Assembly: GCF_964213995.1 (NCBI RefSeq)
Contig: NW_027590147.1
Coordinates: forward strand, 62,001-126,000
Source: Mustelus asterias
Lineage: Eukaryota
Reading direction: 5' to 3'
DNA length: 64,000 nucleotides
Shown: positions 11,022 to 23,925 of the stretch, in pieces
How the letters are laid out: the number at the start of each line of letters is the position of its first letter
Position numbering within the stretch: the first letter of the stretch is position 1
Program-made: the position numbers and the translations under genes
Notes under the pieces: model-generated
What the model was told of the DNA's origin: nothing
Databases searched by the model: none
The model's input: only the letters and a program-made list of their open reading frames with translations

Positions 11022-11062
11022 TTCAGATTGATCCTTGGACACAGAATCATCACTATTGGTTT
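11022..11062 (-). pseudogene. TCR V pseudogene, 5' piece of the V exon split by the CR1
   Basis: Acceptor TGTTTTGTTGCAG then TNSDDSVSKDQSE; joins in frame to the 7162 piece. Confidence 0.65.
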
Positions 11063-12349
11063 CTGCAACAAAACACAGAATGTATCAAATATCTGGGAGT
11101 GAAAATAACACTTGGAACAAATATTCCCCATGTTTTAGTTCGTATTTGTCTGTTTTGCTGCAGCTGTTTCTCTGATTATAACTTCCTCTAAATCTATTCC
11201 TGTCTCATTCATTTATATCACCGCTTCTTGCTCTGCTTAATTCCAGGTCTCGCCTCCATTTCCAATTATTCAATACCTCTTGTTTTCTTCCCATATCTCC
11301 ACCTACATTTCTCCCTTGTCTCTCCCTTACAGGTTTCAATAACAAATATCCCGCATAATGGGCCATCAGCTGGTGCTCAGGTCCACCGTAATGTTTTGAT
11401 ACTTTGAAAAAATCCAAGTGGTCATTTTACATTCCACTCCATGGAAGTACTCCAGAATGTGATGCATGTTGCTGTTGTAAGGAATGAGATTAATCAACAA
11501 CTTGCAACCAATACACATCGTGCAAATCATGTATATCCAACGCCCAACATATCGACAGACTTCAAACACTCCCGCGTTAATATCAAATATTAATTTCCAC
11601 ACCAAAAGCCGTTATTAGTAATTTCCTTGGGTATAATGAAAAACAGGAGGAATTGCAACATTAAACCGACGGGAATGTTCTCGGTGCCAATATGAAATAA
11701 TGGATGTCTATGTGTACATATGATAAAATACCGGGAATAGGGGAGATCTGAAATAAAAACAGAAAATTGCTGTAAAGACTCTGTGGAGAGAGAAACTGAG
11801 CTAAACTTTTGCGACGTTGAAGCTCCGAGTTGGCTGAGCAAAGGAGATAATTCTGCCTTTTACTGAAAAGGATATATGAAAATTCTGTCCCAAGGCAACT
11901 AATCGAAAACCGCACATCAGTGTTGCATTTCTACTTTGTCCTCGGTGACGATATGCAAGGTATTTACCATGGAAGTTATATACATGATTACGTATTCCAT
12001 TAAACCTTAATTGACGCCATTCTCCTTTAATATTCTGGATCCAGGGAATGCAGAAACCAGGAAACGGCAATCAGTGGAATTGCAGCTTCACGTTTTGATT
12101 TTAAGTGCGTATTTTTTGAAGGAGAGTGTTGAATATAATAACTTTCTTTTGCATGGACAATTATCGGTTGAGCGTCTGAAATCTCTCAATGACAGCACAT
12201 ATTAACACAAGAGTGACAATCGATTGAAATCCAATGAAATACAATCACCTGATGCCCTGAGAGCATCCGCTCGTTCAACATGCCACAGGACCGTGGCCTG
12301 AAATTTGTCATTTCATCTGTTAGCAGAAACGCCACAGACTCTTCAAACT

Positions 12350-12474
12350 CTTCATTCACTCAACAAGACCTTTGACCAGTCCTAATGGAGACAGCACATC
12401 GGTATCAGGCGCTGGGGTGTATTACTGTGGCTGTGAGTCACTGAGACATCAAACCCGAACGTAGCAGATAAACT
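12350..12474 (+). pseudogene. Highly decayed V relic (FR3 end + degenerate RSS)
   Basis: TSVSGAGVYYCGCE, then CACTGAG (12439-12445), 20 nt, AGATAAACT. Confidence 0.4.
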
Positions 12475-13412
12475 ATCCATTTATATCCCGAGGTGATGAG
12501 AAGTTTTTTATTTGTATATGTTCATCCTAAGCAACTCTGTGACGAAGGACTCTGTGCTCTCCGGACTGTTCCCAGGGACACAAACCGAGACAAGCACCAA
12601 TTGCTGTTTGGAAAATCTTCAACTCGGTAAAATATACTCTTTGCCTTCTCGAAACTGGTTGATCTTCATGTGCAAAGAATTGTCCTCGAGCGAGTGTTGC
12701 AGACTGGCACATTCCAGGGCGCAGGACTACCTGCTGAGGGACGCACTAAACCTTGGGGCAGTTGCTGCAAAGGCGCAATGGGGAAAACCCGCTGACTGAG
12801 ACCATTCGGCCCTTGTGAACTGAGGGGAGCAGAACTCATTCTGAGCCCCTCTTGCTGTAGGACTCACATTGAAGGAATGCAGTGAATATTACACGTCTCG
12901 CAATTCTAGTGAAGCACCTCAGCGTGCACATTGTTCAACGTAGACAACCTAAATGACAACGTCGTTCCTGTATTGACGATCTTAAAATATGTATTATGTT
13001 CCACTGAACATCTTCAATGCGCAACAATACCTTTGCAGAAATCTTCAGTATCACTGCACTTTCTGAAATTACCATTTTGCAAAGTTTTGTAATGTTTCAT
13101 TGAATGTGTTGAAGCACGTCAGCGTGCAAAATTATCTGTGTACGAAACCTGAACGTCAATGTACTTTCTGTAAAGACTATTCTGAAACGTTCTGTAATGT
13201 TCCTTTAATTGTACACAGAGTGCAACAGCTTCATTGTCGAAAACTTGAATGTTATTGCACTTGCTGTTATGGCCATTTTGAAATATCGTGTAATGTACTT
13301 TCAGATATTTTATAAATAAGTTTTTTTTTGCAAAAAACACAGCGTCCCAGTCATTGCGAGTACACAATCCCCACAGATACCGCTACTCCCTTCAATAAGT
13401 TGTGAACTACTG

Positions 13413-15245
13413 GTGAATACAAAGAGCTTCTACAAATACATAAAGAGCAAAAGAGTGACAAGGGAGAAAGTAGGGCCAGTTAAGGATCAACAAGGTCATC
13501 GATGTGCGGATCCACAAGATATGGGTGAGATCCTCAATGAATATTTCTCGTCAGTATTTATTGTTGAGAAAAGCATGGATGTTAGGAAACTTGGGGAAAT
13601 AAATAGTGCTGTCTTGAGGAGTGTACATATTACAGAGAAGGAGGTGTTGGAAGTCTTAAAGCGTATCAAGGTAGATAAATCCCCGGGACGTGATTAAGTG
13701 TATCCCAGGACATTGTGGAAGGCTCGGGAGGAAATTGTGTGTCCCCTAGCAGTGATATTTCAATCATCGATAGTCACAGGTGAGGTGCCTGAAGATTTGA
13801 GGGTGGCAAATGTTATGCCTTTGTTTAAAAAAGGCTGAAGGGAAAAGCCTGGGAACTACAGGCCACTGAGCCTCACACCTGTGTGGAGTACGTTGTTGGA
13901 AGTATTTTGAGAGACAGGATCTACAGGCATTTAGAGATGCAAGGACTGATTAGGGACAGTCAGCATGGCTTTGTGAGTGGAAAATCACGTCTCACAAGTT
14001 TGATTGAGTTTTTTGAAGGGGTAACCAAGAAGGTAGATGAGGTCAGTGCAGCTGGTGTTGTCTACATGGCCTTTAGCAAGGCCTTTAACAAGATACCGCA
14101 TTGTACGTTGTTGGATGAGGTTAAATCTCATGGAATCCAGGGTGGGTAGCTAAATGGATACAAAATTGGCTTGATGACAGAAGCCAGAGGGTGGTTGCAC
14201 AGGGTTGTTTTTCAAACGGGAGGCCTGAGACCAGCGGTGTGCCTCAGGGATCAGTGCTGGGTCCACTGTTATTTGTCATTTATATTAATGATTTGGATGA
14301 GAATATAGGGGACATGGTTCGTAAGTTTGCAGATGACACCAAGATTGGTGGCATAGTGGACAGTGAAGAAGGTTATCTCGGATTGCAACGGGATCTTGAT
14401 CAATTGGGCCAGTGGGCTGACGAATGGCAGGTGGAGTTTAATTTAGATAAATGTGAGGTGATGCATTTTGATAGGTTGAACCAGGGTAGAACTTACTCAG
14501 TTAATGGTAGGGCGTTGGGGAGAGTTATAAAACAAAGAGATCGAGGGGTACATGTTCACAGCTCCTTGAAAGTGGAGTCACAGGTGGACAGAGTGGTGAA
14601 AAAGGCATTCAGCATGCTTGGTTTCATTGGTCAGAGCATTCAATACAGGAGTTGGGATGTCTTCTTAAAGTTGTGCAAGACATTGGTAAGGCCACAGTAG
14701 GAACACTGTGTACAGTTCTGGTCACCCAATTATAGAAAAGATATTATTAAACTACAAAGAGTGCAGACAATATCTACTAGGATGCTACTGGGACTTGATG
14801 GTTTGAGTTATAAGGAGAGGTTGGATAGACTGGGACTTTTTTCTCTCGAACGTAGAAGGCTTAGGGGTGATCTTATAGAGGTCTATAAAATAATGAGGGG
14901 CATAGATCAGCTAGGTAGTCAATATCGTTCTCCAAAGTTAGGGAAGTCTAAAACTAGAGGGCATAGGTTTAAGGTGAGAGGAGAGATACAAAAGTGTCCA
15001 GAGTGGCAATTTTTTCACACAACGGTTGGTGAGTGTCTGGAACAAGCTGCCAGAGGTAGTAGTAGAGGCAGATACAATATTGTCTTTTAAAAAGCATTTG
15101 GACTGTTGATTGAGTAAGATGGGTATAGAGGAATATGGGCCAAATGCGGGCAACTGGGACTCGCTTCCGGGTTAAAAGAAAAGGGCGGCATGGACAAGTT
15201 GAACCGAAGGGCCTGTTTCCATGTTGTAAACTTCTATGACTCTAT
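13413..15245 (+). mobile_element. Degenerate 5'-truncated CR1 LINE
   Basis: RT ORF pieces 13413-13697, 13883-14149, 14191-14700, 14761-15090 separated by stops/frameshifts; (CTATGACT) tail. Confidence 0.93.
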
Positions 15246-15559
15246 GGTGCTAGCCATTCCTCAGGAAAATTGTTACTCGGGCCGTTTGAAACCTGTCAGT
15301 ATTTTACATCTCTTTATTTCGATGCATTTTGTTACCCTTTAGCTCTTGACACTTGTGCGGGAAAGGTTAATCCAAATTAATATCAACACAGCGATCTTGA
15401 GCCAGGTCTGCACCAGCAGCAGTTATTAGTTCAGTCACTTCAGTTGCAGACGGAGATCTGTGCACCGTACAGACAAGGAGGGGTCTGTTGGCCCATTGTG
15501 CTTGTGCCAGGACTTCGCATGAGCTATCCAAATAATTCCACATCTCTGCTCTTTACAAA

Positions 15560-15975
15560 GAGTTCTGAAGAAACCCAGTCCATCACGCAAACCAGCCGAC
15601 CATCCATTGACTATGTCTACACTTCCCGCTGCCTCGGAAAAGCGCCCGGCATAATCAAGGACCTCACGCACAACGGACATACGTTCTTCCACCTTCTTCC
15701 GTTGGGAAAAAGAAACAGGTGTCTGAGATCACATACCAACCGATTCAAGAACAGCTTCTTCGCTGCGGCCATCGGACTTCTAAATGGGCCTAACATACAT
15801 TAAGCTTTTCTTTCTCTCCACCCTGGCGTTAATTGTAACACAGCATCTTGCACCCTCTCCTGTCCTTCTCCCCTATTTTCTCTGTGTATAGCATTTGTCT
15901 GTATAGCATGCAAGAAACAATACTTTCCACTGTATACCAGTGTATGTGAAAATGATAAATCAAATCAAATCAAAT
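15560..15975 (+). mobile_element. Rex1/Babar-like LINE 3' end
   Basis: C-terminal motif LLPLGKRNRCLRSHTNRFKNSFF and (CAAAT)n tail; related 3' tail near 5100-5380. Confidence 0.55.
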
Positions 15976-16453
15976 TTACCCAAACCCAAGACAATTCCTC
16001 CTTCACATCTTTTGAAACAATATTCAGTTATTTAATTCAGAAAAACAATGAGAGAAATAAAACCTGAAATAGAGGCATTCATTCTAATTAGCATTTTCTT
16101 AAATTTTAAACTATGATGACGGATTGCGATATTAAGAATGCTGAAAATATATTGTACTGAGCTGGTGCTCACAGTTTGTCTGATTCTAGGAGCAGCGGTC
16201 CGAAAGCTTGTGCTACCAAATAAACCTGTTGGACTTTAACCTGGTGTTGTGAGGCTTCTTACTGTCATGAATTAGAGCCGAAAGGAGCTCTCGGCTGATT
16301 GGATGAATCCAGAGTAAAGAGCCCAGGAGCTTATTGGATTATCACCTGATGACGCTGTCAGGAATAAATCAACTTGTGGATTGTGATATCCAATCAGCAC
16401 TTTATTCTCTATTCAGTGATCTCCACTCTTCCGACCATCGGTTCTGCAGGATG

Positions 16454-16461
16454 TGACGTCA
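16454..16461 (+). promoter_or_regulatory. CRE palindrome in V promoter
   Basis: TGACGTCA ~90 bp upstream of the leader ATG; same motif at 19629-19636 upstream of the next V leader. Confidence 0.6.
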
Positions 16462-16552
16462 GACCGGCCACAGCCAATGCTCTCAGCTTTATCTTGTTCG
16501 ATCTTCTGCAGCTGTCGGAGACACAGGTCCCTGGAATCCAGGAGCAACAGCA

Positions 16553-17606
16553 ATGCGGCTCCTCGTTTTCACTCTGATCTGGGTGACATTCATTGTTGGT
16601 AAGTTTAACACTTTAAAAATGAGTTATTTTCTGGAGAGATAAAGTTGAAAAGCAGGACATTCGTGTTACACAGGCATTGGACATGCCGTAGAACACAAAT
16701 GAATCCTTGCGAGTGGTTTTAGTCTTTTGAAAATAGTTTCGAAAAGCACACTGAAAAGGCGATTTCGAGAAATGGTACTCGGATTGGGAGATGAGAGCTA
16801 TCAGAATACAAGATTATGATTACTTTCTCGACTGACCAAGGAAACTAACGCAACTCTGACTGATCTATTTATAATGATAACGAGGATTGGTGTGGTGGAC
16901 GGGGAGAGGATGATTCCACTTGTGGGAGGAATCCAAATATATGTCCCACAATTCCAATGAAACAAAGAGATCAACTGGGAATCGGAGAGAAACAGCTTTA
17001 GAAAGAGTTGGGTAGAATGTGACTCATGTTAACACAATGAACATTTGAGGAGAGGAGCAAAGACTAATTTAAAGGTAAACTAAACTAAACAGCTGAGGAA
17101 GAAAGGGACAGATGCATTGAGAAGAGGCGAGAGGGAGGAATCTCCAGGGGATTGTAAACGGGAACATAGATCAGTTGGAGAGAATGTGGTATGATTCAAT
17201 ACATTCAATACATATTTTTACGTTACACTGTCAGTGAATTTTCTCCCTTAGTTCAATTGAACTTTTAATCAATGTTTTTCCTTTCTTTAACCGTGTGTTT
17301 CAGATCTGAACGATGGAGATTCTGTTACTCAGCGGGAATCCTCACTCACACGGACAGAGGGAGAAGATGTCACTTTAAACTGCACCTTTACCGACGATGC
17401 TTATTATTTATTTGGTATCGTCAATACCCAGGAAAACAGCCCGAGTTTGCAGTCCGGAGAGACAAGAACGGCGGTTTTGAATTAAAGGCGGATTTCGCTC
17501 GGACCCGGTTTTCTGATTCAGTCCAGCAGTCAGACAATTTGTACCGAGTGACTATTTCGGAGCTGCGGTTGTCTGACACTGCGGTCTATTACTGTGCAAA
17601 GAGTCT
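16553..17606 (+). pseudogene. TCR alpha/delta V gene (leader 16553-16598, V exon 17304-17606) with a single 1-nt frameshift
   Basis: Leader MRLLVFTLIWVTFIV|GTAAGT; V exon DSVTQRESSLTRTEGEDVTLNCTFTDDAYYLF / WYRQYPGKQPEF...DTAVYYCAKS; one T missing at ~17411-17413. Confidence 0.88.
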
Positions 17607-17645
17607 CACAGTGATGAGAACGAGTGAACTCCTCGTACAAAAACT
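17607..17645 (+). promoter_or_regulatory. 23-spacer RSS
   Basis: CACAGTG-23-ACAAAAACT. Confidence 0.95.
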
Positions 17646-18998
17646 GCCGCAAGTTTCTGAGTCACAGCTGCTGTCTGTCGAGAGCTGTTTCTAACAGCGG
17701 GTTATACACTAACACGTCAATACATTCCTGTGAACGCAAACCAGACCACAATTCACACAAACACCATCTAAAATCGTTCGCAGAATCCGTCTGATTATTA
17801 CATTCGCTGTGCGAGGGAAGAATTAGCTGTTGTTTATTTGGAATCACCGGGAAATCGGCACTAATATTGAGAATTCAAAATGCTGCAGGGTAGCCTTGAA
17901 CTAGTTGTACCCTTGTTCTGATGTTTCAAAGAACACTCGGGGCAAAGAAACCAATACTGTTCGGTTTGATATGTCAGTCAATAGTGTAAACTGATGCCCG
18001 CCTGCTGCGGCAAATCCTCATAATCACAACAGCCTGATTAAACATCTCTCAATGTTACAGTAATGAAATAAAAATATCAACTGGGAATCGAAGAGAAACT
18101 TCATTGGAAAGAGTTCGGAAGAATGTGACTCATATTAACACAATGAACACTTGACACATGTTAAAACTAAGAATTCTTTACAGTAAAGGTACAAAAGTTT
18201 ATTTCAATGCATGCTTAGAATCCAATGAACAATGATTAATATCTCTATTAATAATCTCTAAGAACAGGTTTGGTGTACTCTAGACACTGGAACATTTGGT
18301 AAGAAAATCGACTGAATGCAAAAACCTAATTGAGAAGAGCGTCAGAAAGTTCCTGAAGGACAACTAGGGATGGACAATAAATAGCGGCCTCGCCCGCGAT
18401 GCCCACATGCCCGAAAGTCTTTCTTTAAAGGTCTGCTGTAATCACCAGAAGTGCTTTGGGAAATCGAATCCGCGGGACAAGTCTTTATGCTCAGACAAAT
18501 ATTTTGTTGGGATATGGACCAAACGCGGGCAATTGGGACTTGCATAGTGGTTAGAAGAGGGTAGCATGGACAAGTTGGGCAGAAGGGTCTGTTTCCATGC
18601 TGTAAACCTCTATGACTCTATGACTACTTCCATATCCGTTATTTCCCTGAATATCCACAAATCAAGAAATCAAACGACTGTACAATCATTGCTCTCTTTG
18701 ACACATAGAGTGCATTAAAGCGAATGTATGGTTTTTGACTGAGATGATTTTTGAGATATGACTCTGATGAGTTTTATTTCATGTTGTAATAACAGCACCA
18801 GAGTCTCCTATTCAGAGTTGCTCGTAAACGACAGAAACTACTATAAAGAGGGATTTTACATACACTGACAGACATTCAGCACAAAGAACCTGATCATTCG
18901 GTTTAATTGGTTTTAATGAGATGATTTTGTTTCTATTAACTGTTCACAATCCAGCTCAGAGATCGGATTCAGTGAGAGGAGGTGAGAATGCCTTTGCT

Positions 18999-19475
18999 GG
19001 TTTTTGTACGGACTAACTGTGTCTCTGTAACTGCGGTTCAGCGCACACTGTTACAGATACACGGCAGAGTCAGAGACACGGACCCCGGTGATATTTAATG
19101 GAGCTGTTTTCTTGTCTCTGTCCAAATTAGCAGAAAACTGGTCCGAAAAATCAGGAGACTTATCCCCCTTCCCCTTGCCGTAACTTTTCAATAAATATCT
19201 CGGAGCTTCTCCGGGATACAGGATGTACCAGAATAGAGTTTGGTCAATGTATTTATCTTTATAACTGCAGTTCAAAATTACCGTCTGTACTTCCTGAACC
19301 GTTCATTCAGGCGGCTCCTGGGAAACTGAAGTTTGGCCATTAGTTCCTGTAACAACATATAGACTGTGTGAGAAATCTGTGAGTGAATATAACCCATTGA
19401 ACACACACTGAGGATTTGAGCTCAGACTCACGGGGCAGCATGTCCATTATCATCAGTAGAACACGCAGGGAACAT
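18999..19475 (-). pseudogene. TCR alpha/delta V pseudogene (leader 19432-19475, V exon 19036-19346, defective RSS)
   Basis: TNGQTSVSQEPPE*TVQEVQTVILNC...LFWY...DSAVYL*QCALN; two stops, frameshifted leader, heptamer CGCAGTT-21-ACAAAAACC. Confidence 0.88.
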
Positions 19476-20399
19476 GTGGTTCCTGACTGGAGAGGAACAG
19501 CGACACTGTTTCAAATATGTTGTTGCTTCTAGTCTTATATCACGGAGTAAACTCAGATCAGAGGCAGCTTCAATAATTGGCAAATTGGGGGGTTTTCTCA
19601 GTGTTGCAATTGGCTGGTCCCCTTGAGATGACGTCAGCTGTGGACCAAACACTGTTAGTGGTGGACTAAACACAGCTGGCTCCCTCCAAACACATTCCAT
19701 CCCGGGCTGTGTGTGTTTTTCTCACTCTCCTTCTCTCTCCATGAAAGGTGAATAACGTTATCAGTTACACTGTCTCTTTCTCGGTTAACCCTCTTTCGTT
19801 CGAACTCAATGTCCCCCTTTTTATAGATAGATTATCTTTCTAAATAAAGTTAAAAGTGAAATAAATAATTTACCCTCATTTACTCTGCGGGTATTAATGA
19901 GTGCATCCACTGCATGAACATAATAGTAGTTACTGCTTTATTTATACCGGGGATAAGTAATCACCCAAGTCCACATTGACTTGCGTTTCCACTGGGATTA
20001 CTCTTATACTGGGAAAGTACTGATTCAATCAGTCATTATTTCTGTCCAGAAACTTCAAAATGTGACAACTCTCAGTGTGCCTTTAATATTGGATCACATT
20101 TAACAGGTTCCCCTGACAGATAGGCATCTGATACAGAAAGATTGGAAGTACTGATTTATTAAGTTATTCACTCGGGACATCTGTGGGTTTTGTGATTGGG
20201 ACCAGGAAATGATTGGATTTATCCAGGAATAATCTGAGCGCCAAATGTCACATTTCCCCAACAGTGACAATCACTGACGTTAGGGAGGGAAAGCCACTCA
20301 GCTGGGGCTGCATTGTCAGGTTCATCATCTGTACATTTTCTCTGAAATTCAATGCAATGTGTTTTGCGGACAAGGAACCATTGATTGAGGACCTGCGCC

Positions 20400-20748
20400 A
20401 GTTTTTGTACGAAGCCCGCGGGATCCTCATTCAGTGTGGGTCTCAGTGCACAGTAATACACGGCGTTATCTGTCATCTTCAAATCTTTCATGGACAAGTG
20501 AAAAGTGCTTTGTGTCTCGCTGAGATTCCAGCTGAAATGCTTAAAGCCGGGAGCCGTATCGGTAAATCCATAACTCTCGGCTCTGAGCAGATACTGAGGA
20601 GCTCGGTGTGGATAGTGGCGATACCAGAACAGGACATAGACTGTCGCTAAACCCTATACAGAGTAACTGCAGGGTATTGCTGAATCTTCACCCTCTGCTG
20701 CTTCAACTCTTGGTTCTGACTGGGACACTGAGTCACCGTTACTCATCT
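20400..20748 (-). pseudogene. TCR alpha/delta V exon (20439-20748) with one in-frame TAG and an intact 23-RSS
   Basis: MSNGDSVSQSEPRVEAAEGEDSAIPCSYSV*GLATVYVLFWYRHYPHRAPQYLL...DNAVYYCALR; TAG at 20654-20656; CACACTG-23-ACAAAAACT; leader not found. Confidence 0.88.
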
Positions 20749-20902
20749 CTGAAAATAGACAACAGACACGCAGCGGGTTAGAAGGAGTAACAACAACGGA
20801 ATAATCACCTCGAGATGGAAATGGGCAATGAATATGGTGATTGGCGGATTTCAGTCAAAGGTTCAAAATGACCGTCCTGTGATCAGGACAATAAGAAGTT
20901 AA

Positions 20903-22196
20903 CATAGAACATAGAAAGCCACAGCACAAACAGGCCCTTCGGCCCACAAGTTGCGCTGATCATATCCCTACCTCTAGGCCTATCTATAGCCCTCAATCCC
21001 ATTAAATCCCATGTACTCATCCAGAAGTCTCTTAAAAGACCCCAACGAGTTTGCCTCCACCACCACCGACGCCAGCCAATTCCACTCACCCACCACCCTC
21101 TGAGTGAAAAACTTACCCCTGACATCTCCTCTGTACCTACCCCCCAGCACCTTAAACCTGTGTCCTCTCGTAGCAACCATTTCAGCCCTTGGAAATAGCC
21201 TCTGAGAGTCTACCCTATCCAGACCTCTCAACATCTTGTAAACCTCTATCAGGTCACCTCTCATCCTTCGTCTCTCCAGGGAGAAGAGACCAAGCTCCCT
21301 CAACCTATCCTCATAAGGCATGCCCCCCAATACAGGCAACATCCTTGTAAATCTCCTCTGCACCCTTTCAATGGCTTCAACATCTTTCTTGTAATGAGGT
21401 GACCAGAACTGCGCGCAGTACTCCAAGTGGGGTCTAACCAGGGTCCTATAAAGCTGCAGCATTATCTCCCGACTCCTAAACTCAATCCCTCGATTAATGA
21501 AGGCCAGTACGCCGTACGCCTTCTTGACCGCATCCTCCACCTGCGAGATGTTGAAGCCATTGAAAGGGTGCAGAGGAGATTTACAAGGATGTTGCCTGGA
21601 TTGGGGGGCATGTTTTTCACTCAGAGGGTGGTGGGTGAGTGGAATCGGCTGACGTCGGTGGTGGTGGAGGCAAACTCGTTGGGGTCTTTTAAGAGACTTC
21701 TGGATGAGTACATGGGATTTAATGGGATTGAGGGCTATAGATAGGCCTAGAGGTAGGGATATGATCAGCGCAACTTGTGGGCCGAAGGGCCTGTTTGTGC
21801 TGTGGCTTTCTATGTTCTATGTTCTATGTTCTAACACACTTAGTTACCTCCTCAAAAAATTCAATCAAATTTGTGAGGCACGACTTGCCCTTCACGAATC
21901 CGTGCCGACTATCCCGGATTAATCCGCATCTTTCTAAATGGCCGTAAATCCCATCCCTAAGGACCTTTTCCATCAATTTACCAACCACCGAAGTAAGACT
22001 AACCGGTCTATAATTACCAGGGTCATTTCTATTCCCTTTCTTAAACAGAGGAACAACATTCGCCACTCTCCAGTCCTCTGGCACCATCCCCATGGACAGT
22101 GAGGACCCAAAGATCAAAGCCAAAGGCTCTGCAATCTCATCCCTTGCCTCCCAAAGAATCCTCGGATATATTTCATCAGGCCCAGGCGACTTATCG
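20903..22196. mobile_element. Rearranged CR1 fragments including an inverted duplicate 3' end
   Basis: Minus-strand 3' end 20903-21545, plus-strand near-identical deleted copy 21546-21832, minus-strand RT piece 21834-22196. Confidence 0.85.
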
Positions 22197-22375
22197 ATGC
22201 ATTAATTATTGAGCAGAAATCATTGATCCCTTAGATATTTGCCGGACGACCGCTTATAAATGTTGAAGTTCAGGATGAGTTGAGAAATCAGGTTGAAAGA
22301 AACTATTTTTGTCTTGTATTAAGTGACATGGGCTCTCAGTATAACCATTAGAGCCTGCAGCAACACAGTCGAGTC

Positions 22376-23592
22376 GTTTGGGTTTAATGTCAGTTGTTTG
22401 GATTTAATCTCAGTTGTTTGGGTTTAATATCAGTTGTTTGGGTTTAATATCAGTTGTTTGGATTTAATCTCAGTTGTTGTGGGTTTAATCTCAGTTGTTT
22501 GGATTGAATCTCAGTTGTTTGGGTTTAATCTCAGTTGTTTGGATTTAATATCAGTTGTTTGGGTTTACTCTCCGTTATTTGGGTTTAATCTCAGTGGTTT
22601 GGGTTTAATATCAGTTGTTTGGATTTAATCTCAGTTGTTTGGATTTAATCTCAGTTGTTTGGATTTAATCTCAGTTGTTTGGATTTAATCTCAGTTGTTT
22701 GGATTTAATCTCAGTTGTTTGGATTTAATCTCAGTTGTTTGGATTTAATCTCAGTTGTTTGGGTTTAATCTCAGTTGTTTGGGTTTAATCTCAGTTGTTC
22801 GGGTTTCATCCCAGTTGTTGTGGATTTAATCTCAGTTGTTTGGATTTAATCTCAGTTGTTCTGGGTTTAATCTCAGTTGTTTGGGTTTAATCTCAGTTGT
22901 TTGGGTTTAATCTCAGTTGTTTGGATTTAATAGCAGTTGTTTGGGTTTAATCTCAGTTGTTTGGGTTTAATATCAGTTGTTTGGGTTTAATCTCAGTTGT
23001 TTGGGTTTAATATCAGTTGTTTGGGTTTAATATCAGTTGTTCTGGGTTTAATCTCAGTTGTTTGGGTTTAATATCAGTTGTTTGGGTTTAATCTCAGTTG
23101 TTTGGGTTTAATATCAGTTGTTTGGGTTTAATCTCAGTTGTTTGGATTTAATCTCAGTTGTTTGGGTTTAATCTCAGTTGTTTGGGTTTAATATCAGTTG
23201 TTTGGGTTTAATCTCAGTTGTTTGGATTTAATCTCAGTTGTTTGGGTTTAATCTCAGTTGTTTGGGTTTAATCTCAGTTGTTTGGGTTTAATATCAGTTG
23301 TTTGGGTTTAATCTCAGTTGTTTGGGTTTAATATCAGTTGTTTGGGTTTAATATCAGTTGTTCTGGGTTTAATCTCAGTTGTTTGGGTTTAATATCAGTT
23401 GTTTAGGTTTAATCTCAGTTGTTTTGGGTTTAATCTCAGTTGTTTGGGTTTAATATCAGTTGTTCTGGGTTTAATCTCAGTTGTTCTGGGTTTAATATCA
23501 GTTGTTTGGGTTTAATCTCAGTTGTTTGGGTTTAATCTCAGTTGTTTGGGTTTAATCTCAGTTGTTTGGGTTTAATATCAGTTGTTAATATC
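22376..23592. repeat. 20-bp tandem array (~60 copies)
   Basis: Unit GTTTGG(G/A)TTTAAT(C/A)TCAGTT with occasional 21-nt variants; no unique spacers. Confidence 0.97.
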
Positions 23593-23925
23593 AGGGATTT
23601 GTTCCCAGGAGCAGGCTGAGGGTAAGAGAGTGGGTTTTCTGACTTTAATTAATTATTTATTTTTTCAGTTAATTTTGGGTTTAAAATCGGAGGTTTTTTT
23701 CAAAACCGGAAGTCGGGCCAGGAGAGGCCTGGGGAAGTTTTTGGAGGGTTTAAAAGCGCACCAAAGTATACAGCGGGCAGCATCGTAGCCGGCAGCACAG
23801 TGAGTGGGAAGTTGAGTGAGCTGTCAGGGCTTTGGCTCACAGGGCTTGGACGAGCAGGGGTGAGTTTTTGTTTCCTTACACTCTTATTAACTTTTCACTG
23901 TCTTACTTGACATAAAGTGTCCAGT

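Noticed and set aside
10634-11131. 165-aa ORF as a novel gene
   Set aside because: Fusion of intron/V-remnant sequence with the truncated CR1 ORF1
22376-23592. CRISPR array or telomeric repeat
   Set aside because: Contiguous 20-bp units with no unique spacers and no cas genes, in eukaryotic context; not (TTAGGG)n
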